From assembly GCA_965178125.1 (NCBI GenBank), contig OZ237736.1, positions 62,001-126,000 on the forward strand: a stretch of DNA of 64,000 bases. The letters run 5' to 3'. The DNA is from Bilabrum cf. latius. Its lineage: Eukaryota. The position numbers and the translations under genes are program-made. This document shows positions 48,934 through 62,197 of the stretch, one piece after another. The notes below the pieces were generated by a model. The model saw only the letters and a program-made list of their open reading frames with translations. It had not been told where the DNA came from and made no database searches. The stretch's first letter is position 1, and each line of letters opens with the position of its first letter.

Positions 48934-50823
48934 TTAAGATGTGCTTAAAAGGGCCTCGAGATCTTCCCCACGCATAGCCTAGCCACCACGCATCGTAAGT
49001 TTTCCACCAAGCTTATTCAATTCTCCTCCACTATTTCCATATCCATAATGTGCCGCCGCTTTGCCAATAGCGCTATTGTCTCCTGTTAGACTTTTGAGTG
49101 GTCCTATATTCCTAATGGTTTTCGCTAGGTTTTTAGCCTAATCACTTTTTGCCCAATCTTTAACCTGATTCCATCCGTGTTTAAAGGCTCGTCCAATCTT
49201 AGACCAGAAACGACCTTTTCCACCCATAACATTAGCATAATTATCTAAATCCTCAAATACAGGCTAGAAACCTTTAGAACCACTTTCAGCATCACCACGT
49301 TTAGCAAGTTCAGAAAGCACTTTAGAAGGCTCAATAAGGGCGCCAGCCTCAGTATAGACACCGTTATCATTCACAAGAACATTATCATAAAACATCCATA
49401 CTTTTATCTCGTATTTATCCTCATACGCACCATCCGCATATTTATTATAAGGGTTGAAGCACTGAAGATTAACTTTAAGATTAAATCCAGTATTTACATT
49501 AGATTGAACACCAGCAAGTGTAGCAACATCTGAAGGTTTTAAAATCATATAGCAACCAGTACCGCGGTTTCCATCACTTCCATCAATTGATGAACCATAA
49601 AAGGATGAAGGAGGAAGAGCATATCCGTTCTTTCTACTAATTCTATATAATTCGTGTGGATTATCTACAGCCCCTAATTCCTCAGCGCTTCCATTGAGTG
49701 AGAAACCTATTCTTCTAATTGGTAAAGTTCTATTAGCCCAGTTAGGGTTATCATCACAACCAACAAGGCGGGCACATACCATAATAGCACTAGGGATACC
49801 ATTCTCACGGGATAATTGATAATCAAAAGAAGTTAAAGAATTTTCAGTTGCGGATTTAGGTACAGGGACAGGCGCCTAAGACTAAAATTTAATTGTAGGC
49901 ATATTATACATACAACGAGTCGGGGGGGCGTATCCACTCTAAAATTCAACTTCATCAACAAGAAGGGTCGTATTTGTTTCTCCTATAATTGACTAACCCG
50001 TTATTTTGTTAATATCTCCGTTATCTTTTGTAAAACTAGCCTTACACAGTCTTTGAATGGCATTTACGTGATAATCTAAATCAACCTGAAGGCTTCTCAC
50101 ACCGGTGAAATATTTAGCATTCACATCAACATCTGCTCCTTTTAGTGGTATAGCTTCTTGAAAATCAATAGTCCAATCAATTTGGTCTCTATTACCCGCA
50201 ACGAAATCAGCATTTACAGTCGTAAAAGCATTCCCATATGCTCCACGATAACTAAAGCTATCACCGGCACTATATCCAACATCCTAACCCCAAGCTAAAG
50301 GATTTTTAAGGGTATCACTTACTTCACGATAATCACCAACAGTGTCAGGGCGTCCAACGGGTGAGATTGTGGATAAGGTTTCTTCACTGTTCATAACTTC
50401 GGTAGGTTCAGCCCATTCATAAACTTTTACTGTAAAAGGCTATCCATTAATTGTTAAAACACCACCTTGAAGCATTTTAAAGGTAGGTAATGAATTAGTT
50501 CCAAACCTAGATTTAAGATAAGATTGAGCGGTAATAGCATCACCTCCAGCAGTTTGAGCTGGCACTGCTTGCTCTAGTTGTAGCCTAACTGTCATACGAT
50601 GACGAAGACGAATAAACCTTGATACGGTTTTACTAGTAGGATTAACGGGGAAAGAAAGGGGAAGAAGAGAATTAGATTGATTAGATGATGGTCTAATTTC
50701 TCGGCGGGTATATTTTTGAACACCTAGTTCTGTTCCTAAACTAGCATCTTCAGGGGTTATCATTTGAAGGCTTTTAGGAGCCTTAATGCTTACTGGTAAA
50801 TTCTGAACCATTTGTTGAGCCAT
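48934..50823 (-). CDS. Virophage major capsid protein, ~629 aa
   Basis: GIPSAIMVC...TLPIRRIGFSLNG...ELYRISRKNG; VMGG plus basic GG-rich tail; syntenic with A. Confidence 0.88.
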
Positions 50824-50894
50824 TTTTTTATATATACACTATAGATATAAATTTTTTAATATCTAAACATATTTTATAATCTTCTATAATTTAT

Positions 50895-51848
50895 TTAAAA
50901 ATCTAAACTTAAATTATCGGTTTGTTTTTTAAATACTTGTTTAATGTGAGCTTCACCCCCGTTAAAATTCATTACGGGATACTTTTCATTTTGTTTATCA
51001 ACCCAGTAGAACGCCATTGACACGCTCTTAAAGCTTCTATCCTTCATCATTGAATACCAGCGGTAAGGATTAGAAACATATAATATATTTTCTATTGGTG
51101 AGCTGTCATTAGGATTATACGGGTAGCTGGTTAATATAGGGGATTTATTGACGGCTATAGAGCCACCAGTAGATGATTTTGTGGTCACCAATTCTTTATT
51201 CACTGGAATATCACTTTCTACGATAATAGATTTAACAGGGCACCAAGAATTTAAATTCGTCTATCTAGCCATAAAAACATAATCACCACTAGCAGGGGAA
51301 TTATTATATGAAAGTTTAGCAAATAAATCACTCGGTGTGGTTGTTATTCCTTCATATTCAAATTTATCAAATAAAGCAAAAGCTTCAAAATTAACAAATA
51401 AATAATAATTATCTCTAAAATCTTCAGTTGTTGATAAACTCCATTTATTATTTTCAAATTTAAAGACTGGTTTATCACCACTTGGAAGGCTTACCAAATC
51501 ACAAATTCGGCTTAACTCTTCATTAAATTCATTTACAATATCCTAATATGAATAATAAAATTTAGCTTTTTTACCTAGAACTATATAATCGCCTGCTCTG
51601 GCTCCTGATGTTTTATTCTCAAGAGTAAATTTTAAATAGGTTTTACCGCTGTCATCCTAATATTCAGGTTTAAACACCGGTAGCATAAATTTATTTAAAT
51701 CCATCTCTTCAACAGCCGTTAAATAATTTTCACTTTGTTTTAATATTAAGCCTTCACGGGTTTCATTCACTACCGCCTATCTCGTCTAATTGTGGGGGAC
51801 AGATGAACTAACTAAATTCAATCTTACAAATTCATCGCTATAACTCAT
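50895..51848 (-). CDS. Virophage minor capsid protein (penton), 317 aa
   Basis: VNETREGLILKQSENYLTAV...LPVFKP; SWCPVKSIIVESDIPV; FYWVDK. Confidence 0.85.
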
Positions 51849-52184
51849 TTTATTTATATATTAAAGCTATACAAATAAATATTTATTAATAAACCTTATC
51901 TAATATTTCACCTTGATTTTTACCCTTCACTTTTACCAATATATTTAAAAGTTTGATTGAATTTAGATGGATGAAAAATAGCCCTTCTAAAACGATGGAA
52001 CTTTTCTAAATAAAAGGGCTTATATCTTCATTTCACCTTCACAAGAGGCCCTACATCCACGTTTTGCTAGAAAACACTATAATATATACGCAATTTGTGG
52101 ATATAGCCATCGTATGGATTTTATTTTAGAGATAATCATATTTTATTATTTTATTCTAGCCCTTTTATTAGAAGGGCGGGGTAT

Positions 52185-52760
52185 TCAATGTAGAAGCAAC
52201 GCCACTAACTAATCAGGACTAAGAGCCATAATTTTGGATATTCTAAACATTTCATTTACAAACTAATCATTAGTTAAGAATGAGAAAACAGTTCTTAATA
52301 ATGCCCATCTTCCACAAGTAGCACTCTAATTAGCATAACTCTAAATAGGTTTATTATTATAGTCAATTTTCCAGCCGTGTAATTTCTACGTCAATAAATA
52401 TTTAACTAGTGTGTTCTCTTCTCCTTCTCCTTGATACAATTGGTTTCTATTAATAAATGGTTTCTATTGGTCGGGTTTTTCTCCATAGCTATCAAAAAAA
52501 TAAATAGTTTTATTATTTTCGTCCTAAGTAAGAGCGCAATAATGACCGTATGTGCTATTTAGTCCCGTCTTTTTATTAGGATAATAAATAATTACGCCGT
52601 CATAACCATCAAAAATATGTTCAATAGATGAGGTCTATTTAATAATATCATCGTAAATAACTATTCTAGGTTTGTAATTCAAATGTGCTACACCTAATTT
52701 TTGAATTTCTAAAGGAGATAACGGTGTTTGGACTAGTCTATTTAAGTCGTTTATGTTCAT
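52185..52760 (-). CDS. Adenain/Ulp1-like cysteine protease, 191 aa
   Basis: GHY, FFDSYG, I(TAG)...ATCGRW; invisible in the standard-code track. Confidence 0.88.
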
Positions 52761-52768
52761 TTATATAT

Positions 52769-53839
52769 TCAATAGAGAAATATTTTTTTTGTGCTAACTA
52801 CATAATTATTATCAACATTAATAGCAACATAACCAAAGAGAGGGAGAGAATGAAGGGTTTTTTTAATTCGTTTTCTAGTAGGAGCGTCAAAACTTAAGAC
52901 TGTTTCTAAAATATATTTTAAACTTTTAGCTGTAATTGTTTTATAAATGATATGGGTTGTAATTTCGTTCATAATGGTTCGTGTCTTCATACCGTCGCTT
53001 ATTTTGTGGGTGATGTCTAAAACGCTACTTGCTGTGTGCCTTCCTGTAGTTGCTAGGATTTCCAATAAAAAATAAGCCTTTGCTTTCTGGTTCCTTTTTT
53101 TAAAGCCTTCGTAATCATCCAGAATAAATAAATTAGGTTCAGCGGTCAATTTTTTAAAAAACTCAACATTTAATTTAAAACCTTTTTCTATTAAATCTTT
53201 CTCAGGTTTCAAATCCTCTATCTTTCTTTCAGCTTCAATAACAACATCTAAAGGTTTAGATTTCATCAAAGAAGATTTCTTATATTTAAATTCTAATTTC
53301 ATTTTTTTATAATAAGCCATTTTTTCCTTATATAAAGTGTTTTCATTCTCTTTAACCAAATCATCTATATCAATGAAGGTCGCGCCTTCTCTTTTATATT
53401 TAGGGTCTTGAATTGGTGATATAACATACATATTTTTATATTTTAATCCTCTATACATCCTTATATAATGTAAAGCTAAATGACTTTTCCCGCTTCCACT
53501 CTTACCAAATAATCGCACATATTCACGCCCCTATGGAAAGAGCATAGGAAAAGGTAAATATTGACTATTATCTTTAATCGCAAATTCCTAAACTGACCGT
53601 ATATATTCATCTTGTAATAGTTTATGTAATTGTTCCCTTTTCTTGTCCTTATCAACGTTATATCTTACTCGGCTTTCTCCGTAATAAGATTTTAAAACAT
53701 CATCTGTTATCTCTTCCGCTTTGACGTGTTGAATATCTTTAGCGTTCGGGTCGTAATAAATAAACCGGTTCTATTGTGTTTTTTTGTATTTTTGAATAGC
53801 TACAATATGGCTATTTTCCGTATATTGTAAAGATAGCAT
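52769..53839 (-). CDS. A32-like packaging ATPase, 356 aa
   Basis: GKSGSGKS, ILDDYE, TGRH, TRTIMNE. Confidence 0.92.
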
Positions 53840-53931
53840 TATATATAATAATAAAATAAAATAAACCATTTATTCACACGGGTTTAAAATATTAAGTTGG
53901 TTCCTTCTTCTATCCTTCCTCACAAAAAAAG

Positions 53932-54747
53932 TTATAGAGACATAATTATATTTTTAATTTCCGCCCGTGTTTTCCTATTTATGTATTGGTCAATCCACGA
54001 TATTATCTTATTAATATTTGCTTTAGAATACTTTGAAAATTGTTTTATTATTTCCACATTTCCTAATGCTTTTCTCATTAGTCCTTTTAGGCTTTGAAAT
54101 GATTTTGACTTCTCGCTTTGATGTCCTTTTATTCTTAGCATACTTTCTAATCGCATTCTTATGGAATATAAATATCCTAATGCTTCCCTATCAATTAAAT
54201 CATTGACTCTTTTTTCATTCCTCTTCTCACCTCTTAATTTAAATAAATCCTTCAATCGTTTTAATACTTTAAAATTATTAGAACCAAAATATTTATCTAC
54301 ATCTCTTATTAATCCATCTTTTACCTCGTCCTAATCTATTTCATAATCACTTATATGATAAATTATGCTTATTTCATCTATAAATTTTCCATCAAAAGCC
54401 CAAAAATCAATTTTTAAGTATGGTTTATCTCCGCTAAATATCTATTTATAAATGGTTTTAACGGGTGTAGATATGAATGCTTTTATGGTCTTGTATTTTT
54501 TATTACCAGCTTTAACCTCAATAAAATTAACCTAACTTATAAAAACCTTTACAAATCTTATTAAACTATTTATAAATTCAGGCTCTACCCTCTAATATAA
54601 ATCTATATCACTAGCAAACAAGGAATAATAAGGAATAGCATACGAACCATTTAAAAATAAATTAGCCCCCTTCTTAAAATTCACCTCATCAAATATATCG
54701 TTCTCGTATTCATTAAAATAAGCTTGTGTCAATTCATTAATTTTCAT
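53932..54747 (-). CDS. Putative nucleotidyltransferase-like protein, 271 aa
   Basis: LNGSY...ASDIDLY; homolog of 27839-28657. Confidence 0.7.
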
Positions 54748-54804
54748 TATATATTATAAGTATGGATAAATAACAAATTATATATACCCAATATATACAA
54801 TAAT

Positions 54805-55194
54805 ATGAGCGTTAAATAGAGCATAAATGATATGACAAATAAAAGCCTTCATCATCTTGGAATAAACAGAAATGATTATAAAAAAGAAATTGATAAAATG
54901 GTTGAAGATACAGCAAACCAAATATTAAACGCAACCACAAAAGGAAAGACAAAAGGGGGAGCTTTGAACCTTCTTGGTGGATAGCCGAACGTTCTCGCTG
55001 GAGGTCCCAATTATCTTGCTGGAGGAAAAAAGAAGGGTTCAAAGAAAGCCCCTAAAGCTAAAAAGCCCCGTAGTGCTAAATAGTTAAAGAGGGATAAATT
55101 AATGAAATGGTGCCGTCAAAAGGGAATGACTATGAAAGCCAGCAATTCCTTTATAAAGAAACACGACCTTATGAATAAGGATATTTCATTTTAA
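54805..55194 (+). CDS. Basic putative core protein with repeated LxGG motifs
   Basis: LLGG, VLAGG, YLAGG then Lys-rich tail; syntenic with 28692-29135. Confidence 0.68.
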
Positions 55195-55271
55195 AAGACA
55201 GCCTACCAATTGACATATTATCTCTTAAGTTTATAAATTATTAATTATATCATTAATAATATATATATACA

Positions 55272-57350
55272 ATGTCAAACAATACAATTAATGATTTACT
55301 GAAGGGTATTATGTAGAAACGGTCTAATCAACTTAGGATACAAAATGACCCACAAGTTAGATTAATGATATAGCAAGAAGAAGATGAAGCAGAAGCCAGA
55401 AGAAAAACCCTAAAAGATGATGCTTTCCTTCGTGCTAATTATGTTCCTATTGATGTTAGAATTGAAAGACAACAACAACAACAAGGAATTGAAAATATTA
55501 TTAAAAATATTAAGACTATGAACGCTAAAAAAGAATTACCAATTTATCAAATAGAAAATTTACAATCATTTATAAATAGAAATCCAGATTTACCGGATAA
55601 ATTAAAAAGATAGGTTGTAGATACCATTAATAATATTAATGTAAGGTAGGTAGTAGGACCAGCAAGCGATAAGAAAAAGGTATTTGATGGAATTAAAAAT
55701 ATTAATATGAGATTATTTACAACCACTAAAGCACAACGGGACGCAGTATTAGAACAATTACCAAGCGATATGAGAGGATTAAAAGCAGTTCAAATACGAA
55801 ACGCTTTACGACAAGCTGGAATCACGAAAACCCCCCAAGGATAGAATGTTTCACAATTAACAAAAGTTGATGACGCTGTTAATGCTTTATAGGATGTTTT
55901 AAATCCTCCTGAAGCCGTTCAACAATAGCAAAGAGATGACCCGCAACCTGATAGACCTGAACCAGATAACCCGCAACCGCCACCAGAACCAAGACCAAAA
56001 CCCCCTCCAACACCACAAGAAGCATTAAGCCCAGAACTACAAGAACAAATTGAAGCACTTGAAAGAGTAGCAAACGCCAATCCTTCAAGTAGTAGAAAAG
56101 CACCAAAGAAAACCGAACTAGCAAAAATACTTAGAGAGTCAAATGTTAAAGGTGTAAAAGGACGGTCTAAAGTTGATTTTATAAAAAGTGCTTAGAAGAA
56201 ATTATCAGAACTTAAACAAAAAGCACAAGAACAAGAGGCATCACAATCATCAGGACAAGAAGAAGAAGGGGAGAACGCCAGTAGAAATTTATCAGGCTAG
56301 TTTTCAAAAGTATCACCCGCACCAGTTCCACCTAGTGGATTCTTACAAGCATCACCAGAACCACAAGGACAATCACCAGAACAAGAACAAGGACAATCAC
56401 CAGAACAACAACAAAGCACATTTGGTTCTTTAGGACAATCGGTTATGGATGGTATCAGTTATTTAACAGGAAAAACAGGCTCACAACCACAAGCACCCCC
56501 CGCAGGTCAAGACAGAGGAAAAGGTGAAGCGATGGCAGTAGATGAAGATGGAGAACCTATTACAGATGAATTTGGAAGACAACTTACAGAAGTTCAATTC
56601 AGACAAAGACAAGCACAGGCAGAACGAGATGAAGCACAAAGACAACAAGAAGAAAAAGAAAGACAAGCTAGAGAACGGAGGGGAGCCCCAGATGAAGAAC
56701 CAAGAGATGGAGAAGCCGTAGAACCAGCACAACAAGCACAACCAGCAGAACCAGCACAAGAACCAGCAGAACCACAAGAACCACAGAAAACAGATGATGA
56801 AATAGCCAAATCAATAGGACAATCAATAAATGCTAAAGGCAATAAAAATGAAATATTATCATAGTTAAAAGCAAGAGGAATAAATCCAACAGACGCCAGC
56901 CCAACAATTAACACTTTAAAATATATTATACGAAGGCTTAAAGCCGGAGTCTTACAACCTAATTTATCAACTGATGCTGTTAGGTCTTTAGTAGCTAGAG
57001 CAAATACAGAAGGAAGAGCAACCAGAAGTGATAGAACATTAGCAAAATCAAGACTAAACGATACGGGATATGAATTAAGCGGGAAGCCTCAATGGACATA
57101 TTCACCACCAGCTCAAGGTTTCGGAAATAAAGACCCTTATAATATGTTAATGAAAGCTATTAATTTAATTATTGATTAGAAAATAAAAACATAGAACAGG
57201 GGCGGTAGTTGTGGATGTGGCAAGCATAAAGGAGGACAAATTGAACAAGAATATTTTAATATAGCCGGTGGTAAAGGTAATCATAATGTGAAGGACAAGG
57301 TAAAACAAATCTTATATCAACACTTTGAAAAACTAAGATTATTAAAATAA
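55272..57350 (+). CDS. Large Gln/Glu/Pro-rich protein, ~692 aa
   Basis: One frame with TAG=Gln including track ORF 56445-56864; syntenic with 29175-30788. Confidence 0.72.
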
Positions 57351-58379
57351 TTAGTCTATAGGATAATAATATTTTGTTTTGTATAGATATATATAATGGC
57401 AGAGTTAGTAGCAACAGCAAGCACGGTTGGTGGGGTGTTGGTTCCTCTAGGATATGCGGGATGCTTCCTTTGGAACTTATGTTCCTCACTTGCGAATCGT
57501 AAAAAATTGTGTTTAGTCCTTCCACGAAAAGGAGGTAAAAGTTCACTTAACAAAAGTTTAACGTCTATAGACCCGAATATTCTATTAGTTGATTTAGATG
57601 AAGTCCTTAAAGTTAATGCTGACACCAAACAGGTTTTATACCTAAACGAAGCAGAACGAAGAGGGGACTTATCAACGGCTAAATTATTAAAATTTGAACT
57701 TATGAAAAAAAGTATTGAGTCTGTAAAGAAAAATTGGTTATAGAAAGCAGAACATAGAGCAGTCTTTTTAACAAGTGATTTTGAACTAGCACAAGAAATA
57801 TTCAAAAAATCCAGCATATGCGTAGCTATACCCAGCGATAAACTGTATAGCAAAATCCATAAAGATTTAGATAATGATGATGCCAGAGTGTACGCGCAAC
57901 CTAGTCTCGTTAACAATCAGACATGGCAAGACCTGACAAAGCTGTGCCTGTGCGCGACCCTTGACCGGACTGACCGGGGCTGGGAAGAGCACGTGCACTA
58001 CTCCGCCGAGGAGGAGGGGGTTGGGAGGGTGGGCAAAAATTACCCAATCTCCGCCCCTCTCCTGAACACAGAGAGGGTATGCGCGTCATCGCAAGCAATC
58101 CGTTGGCTTGGTCGCACCTTCCCGGTCGCAACCGCCATCGGAACCCAACGAGACGTTCACGCGCTCCCACTCTGGCATCAACACCGAACCCCATCCGGCG
58201 TTAGGATCATGATGCCAGAGTGTACGCGCAACCTAGTCTCGTTAACAATCAGACATGGCAAGACCTGACAAAGCTGTGCCTGTGCGCGACCCTTGACCGG
58301 ACTGACCGGGGCTGGGAAGAGCACGTGCACTACTCCGCCAAATCTTACCGCCATGTCTTGTACGCTGCGGCTGTGTGGC

Positions 58380-59480
58380 TCACTCCAAGTTCAGCCGCAG
58401 CGCGCTGGCCAGCACCCACACTGGCCTGTTCAAATCGAGGCTCCTGCCGCCGAGCTCCAGAGGAGGCAAGCCTTCCCTGACGCCCCGCAAGTACACCTCG
58501 CATGCAGATGCCGACTTCCATCTGCCAAATCGCCTAATGACCTCGAAGGCGACCCCAGCACGGTCCAAACACATCACTGCCGCGATGCGGATGGAATGTC
58601 CGTGCACCGCTCCTGCAACTTCTCGTGAGCAGAAGCTGCGGAGCGCCCGTACTACCTGCGCCTTGACGATCGGCTTCGTGTTCGCCACGAAGACTGGCCC
58701 TGACGTGGGGCAGCTGAGCGCCAGCTACCGGGCGTAGTCTTCGTCTGCGCCTGCAGTTGGGGCGTGGCTCGCTGCTGCCCACGCCACGAAGGCTCGCACG
58801 CCGCAGAACCTGCTGCCTGTGACTGCCCATCGTCCGGCTCTGCAATGGACTGCGATGGGCTCTGCGGCTTGGATGGAGAACTTGGCTGGGCCGTCGGCTT
58901 TGTGGAGGCCCAGGCGGATGGCAACACCATGGATGCGTCCGTCTCGCGTGATGAACTGCACTTGCTGCCATTGGAGGCCGGCTTGTCGTCTGGACGCCCG
59001 ACGAGCTCTCCCAGCCGGAGGCCCCCACAGAAGCAGAGACAGACAGCTGCCCGAGCAGCCTACTCTGTTGTGCTGCAACCGGCTGTCGAGAAACACCGTC
59101 GGATTGCGCGGAGTGGGGCTGAAGATCGACGCAACGGGTGCGCCGATGGCGATGCTTTGTGGTAGTACCGGAGGATGCTGTCGAGCTAGCTTGACCGTGG
59201 GACGCCGCACGCTCCTGTGGACTCGATGACGACTCGCTAGGCATTTCTGGTGTATGTAGCGATGGTGCCGCCACTGAGAGGCGAACATTCCCCTAAGAAG
59301 ACTGCGAATCTCGAGAGCGCTGCATTGAGCCTGAACGCGAAGAGTCTGCGAGCTGCTGGAAGATGCCCGTCCATGAAGCTGCGGTCGATGTCGTACCACG
59401 TGAGGAAGTTGTCGAAGTGCCCCCACGCCGTGCGCAACCCACTGAGTCCAGAGTGGCCACCAGCGTGAAATGGTCGTGCT
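58380..59480 (-). pseudogene. Tyrosine recombinase, frameshifted near 58990; 5' end approximate
   Basis: GGLRLGEL in one frame; LHKAD...GHSIRI...GRWKS...VYLR in another. Confidence 0.8.
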
Positions 59481-59690
59481 TGGACAAGGTGTTCCAGATC
59501 GGCGTGGGACAGTTGACCGGATACACCGCGTCCAGGTGCGTGTATGCCTCCTGTGAGCCGCGGCTCAAAGCGTCCGCAACGACGTTGTCCTCGCCAGGAA
59601 TGTGTTTCACGTGAATCTGCACATCTTGCGTTGTCTGCAGTACGAAGATAGGGCGAAGTAAGGCTGCCATGATGTGGCTCTTGGGTCTGC
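59293..59690 (-). pseudogene. RNase H C-terminal remnant of DIRS/Ngaro pol
   Basis: IHVKHIPGEDNVVADALSRG; gag and RT absent. Confidence 0.8.
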
Positions 59691-60062
59691 CGTAGCGTAT
59701 CAGCTACACGGAAGCAAAAATTACCCAATCTCCGCCCCTCTCCTGAACACAGAGAGGGTATGCGCGTCATCGCAAGCAATCCGTTGGCTTGGTCGCACCT
59801 TCCCGGTCGCAACCGCCATCGGAACCCAACGAGACGTTCACGCGCTCCCACTCTGGCATCAACACCGAACCCCATCCGGCGTTAGGATCAAGATAAGGAT
59901 GTAGCAAGACATTCACGAGCTGAATTTTTGAAAAGTTTTAACCCTAATGAGTATAGCGTGTATAATACGTTTGAAGGGCTTTCATAGATGGTTATGTCAG
60001 TCTATAATATGACCTACAGAGTGTAATTATTTGAATATTATTAAATAATAAATTAATAATAT

Positions 60063-61220
60063 TTATTTAGTCTTATTATTAAAATTATCCTTTAGAGTTT
60101 TTGATATATTTTTAGCCGGCTCCGTTGTTATCTTCCATTGAATTAAATATTCATCTTGTCCCTCTTGATTCTTTCTTCTCTTTATTATTTTACCTATATC
60201 ATTCTAATATTTTCTTTTAGTAGCCTCATCAACATATGAATCTTTCCATTTAACCCTGTATGTATTATTTTTATTCTTTCTTATCAATTTTTCAATTATA
60301 AATATATCTTGTGCTTTATTCTCGTATGGTTTAGATGCTAATAACAACTAATCTCTATTAAAGTATGTATAGGGTATGCCCTCAATTTTATATAATGGGG
60401 GGTTATCTGGTTTTATTATTACTCTTTCAATTTTATAAGGCTTTACGCTATATTTAATATCTCCCGCCCTAAATGCTCCGGTCTCCTTTATCCCTTCTAT
60501 ACTTCTAGGATAATCTAATCCTATTCTTACCATTTCACCCTCATTTAATACATCACATACTTCACCCTAACATCTAGGCGGTATATATGGTAGATTCTCC
60601 CTTTTCTTATTCAACATTTCCTATCTTGTTTTATAACGCTCGTTTAATATCTCCCTCAATTTTGGTATTAAATGTCTCCAGTTCGTGATAGTTGTCCCCG
60701 TTCTTATCTCCTATGAATTCAAATAATAAAATATAGCTCTCCCTATTTCCTCATTCAATCTCTCCACCAAAGCCATCTACGATTTACGCTTCACTCTTGA
60801 AAATATATGCTCTATCTTATTCTTCTTTAGATATTCTTTAAATGATTCATTATCAAATTCTCCCCCTTTATCTGTTCGTATCATTTTAGGTTTCATTAAA
60901 TAATTTCTTTTATAGATTTTTTGAAAAGCTTTTATCACATCCTCCGCCCCTCTATCCTTTAACTCTTCAAAATCTAACGCTAATCCGCTAGTATCTATCA
61001 CAACTAATAAATATTTTGAATCGTTCTTGGTAGCGTAAGGGAGATACAATAAATCAGCCTATTGGATAAGCCCCTCTTTAGTAGGTTTATAATATTTAAC
61101 ATAATTCAATCCTTTCGGTTTCTTTATCGGCTTCATTAAATCGTTCGTGATAGACTTCGTATTAAATCCAAAACTTGATTCATTAATATCATTATCTTTT
61201 TTCTTTCCTCTCTTACTCAT
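60063..61220 (-). CDS. rve DDE integrase with chromodomain-like C-terminus, 385 aa
   Basis: (TAG)ADLLYLP, LVVID, RTDKGGEF, (TAG)MALVERLN; YRVKWK/YLIQWK. Confidence 0.88.
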
Positions 61221-61260
61221 TATATATATTAATTGATTTTAATATTTATAAATTAATTAT

Positions 61261-61632
61261 TCACGAATTAAAAAGCCTATTAATAGCTTCATTCGTTTTA
61301 ATGTGCTCCTTGGTGTCTCTTATCTCCTAATGGATATCAACCAGCTTTAATTTTTCTTTCTTAGTGAGTCCGTTCATCCTTCCTTTTAATGCTTTTAAAG
61401 TTTTCATATAAGGGGCTATAGCTTCTGCTTTCTTTTTGCTCACCTCTTTATATTCCACATTAAGAGCGGTTAATTTACTATTCACTTTATTTTTTAATTC
61501 TGTCTCTTTTATTTTTAGTTGCTTTAACTTTTGTTCTAATTCACGATTGGTCTTCTTAAAGTCTTCTACAATATCAAGAAATTCATTCTTTAACTTTGAG
61601 CGGGTATTAATCACTTTTTGTAATTTATCCAT
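61261..61632 (-). CDS. Coiled-coil hypothetical protein
   Basis: Track ORF extended through TAG to TGA. Confidence 0.6.
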
Positions 61633-61733
61633 TTATATATAATTACTAGATATTTTTTTTATTTTTTTTAAACTATAGAATTTTATAAAACGGGTTTAAT
61701 AAATTAAAATAAAATATTGGGCTACATTATAAT

Positions 61734-62150
61734 ATGTTCGTTAAGTTCCTGTTATCAAGTGTCAACGTTAAAAAGGTATTCCAGAATAAAAGCATCTCCA
61801 CTTTTATGTCAATCGTATATATTTATGTTGAGAAGCACAAACCATCAATGTTAAAGCATTTTCAACTTGATGACCTTCGTGTCCCTCCAGATTGTAATGA
61901 ACGACTTAAAAAAAGAGTATTAAGTGAATTTGAAGAAATTGATTATATATCATATTTCGTTCAACCATTTAGAATAATACACAAGCTAAATGAAGAAAAT
62001 GTTGAATGCCTAAGTGAAGACTTAAATGATACCGTAGCCATAGATTTATTGGTTAAAAAAGAGAAGGAAGCCATTGAGAAATCAATAAAGAAATAGAAGG
62101 ATGACATCATCAAAAAGGCTATAGATGACTTTATCTTACCCAAGGATTAA
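61734..62150 (+). CDS. Hypothetical protein
   Basis: Track ORF extended through TAG to TAA. Confidence 0.6.
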
Positions 62151-62197
62151 ACTATATATTAATAATAATAATAATAGTATTATTAAAATTCAAAAAT

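Larger units (their letters stand above)
37085..52102. repeat. Four 48-bp imperfect palindromes of virophage B (ATCCACAAATTGCG-[AT]-GCAAAACGTGGAT) inside longer conserved blocks
   Basis: 37085-37132, 39909-39956, 47540-47587 forward; 52055-52102 reversed. Shared flanks ATACGATG(G/A)C and AGTTCCATC. Confidence 0.92.
57878..59890 (-). mobile_element. Internally deleted Ngaro-type tyrosine-recombinase retrotransposon with split direct repeats
   Basis: GC-rich. 130-bp repeat at 57878-58007 and 58210-58339; 177-bp repeat at 58033-58209 and 59714-59890. On the minus strand this gives A1-ORFs-B1A2-B2. No target duplication. Confidence 0.92.
57396..60026 (+). pseudogene. P-loop kinase-like gene split by retrotransposon (57396-57877 + 59891-60026)
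   Basis: Removing 57878-59890 restores ...KDLDN-E-DKDVARHSRAEF...YRV-TAA, colinear with homolog 31798-32436. Confidence 0.85.

Noticed and set aside
57878-59890. LTR retrotransposon or assembly duplication
   Set aside because: The A-B-A...B split-repeat order, tyrosine recombinase and absence of TSD fit Ngaro; the flanking gene rejoins exactly.
17219-61220. Viral genes as decayed pseudogenes
   Set aside because: Interruptions are exclusively TAG, frames are preserved, and TAG aligns with Gln between paralogs.
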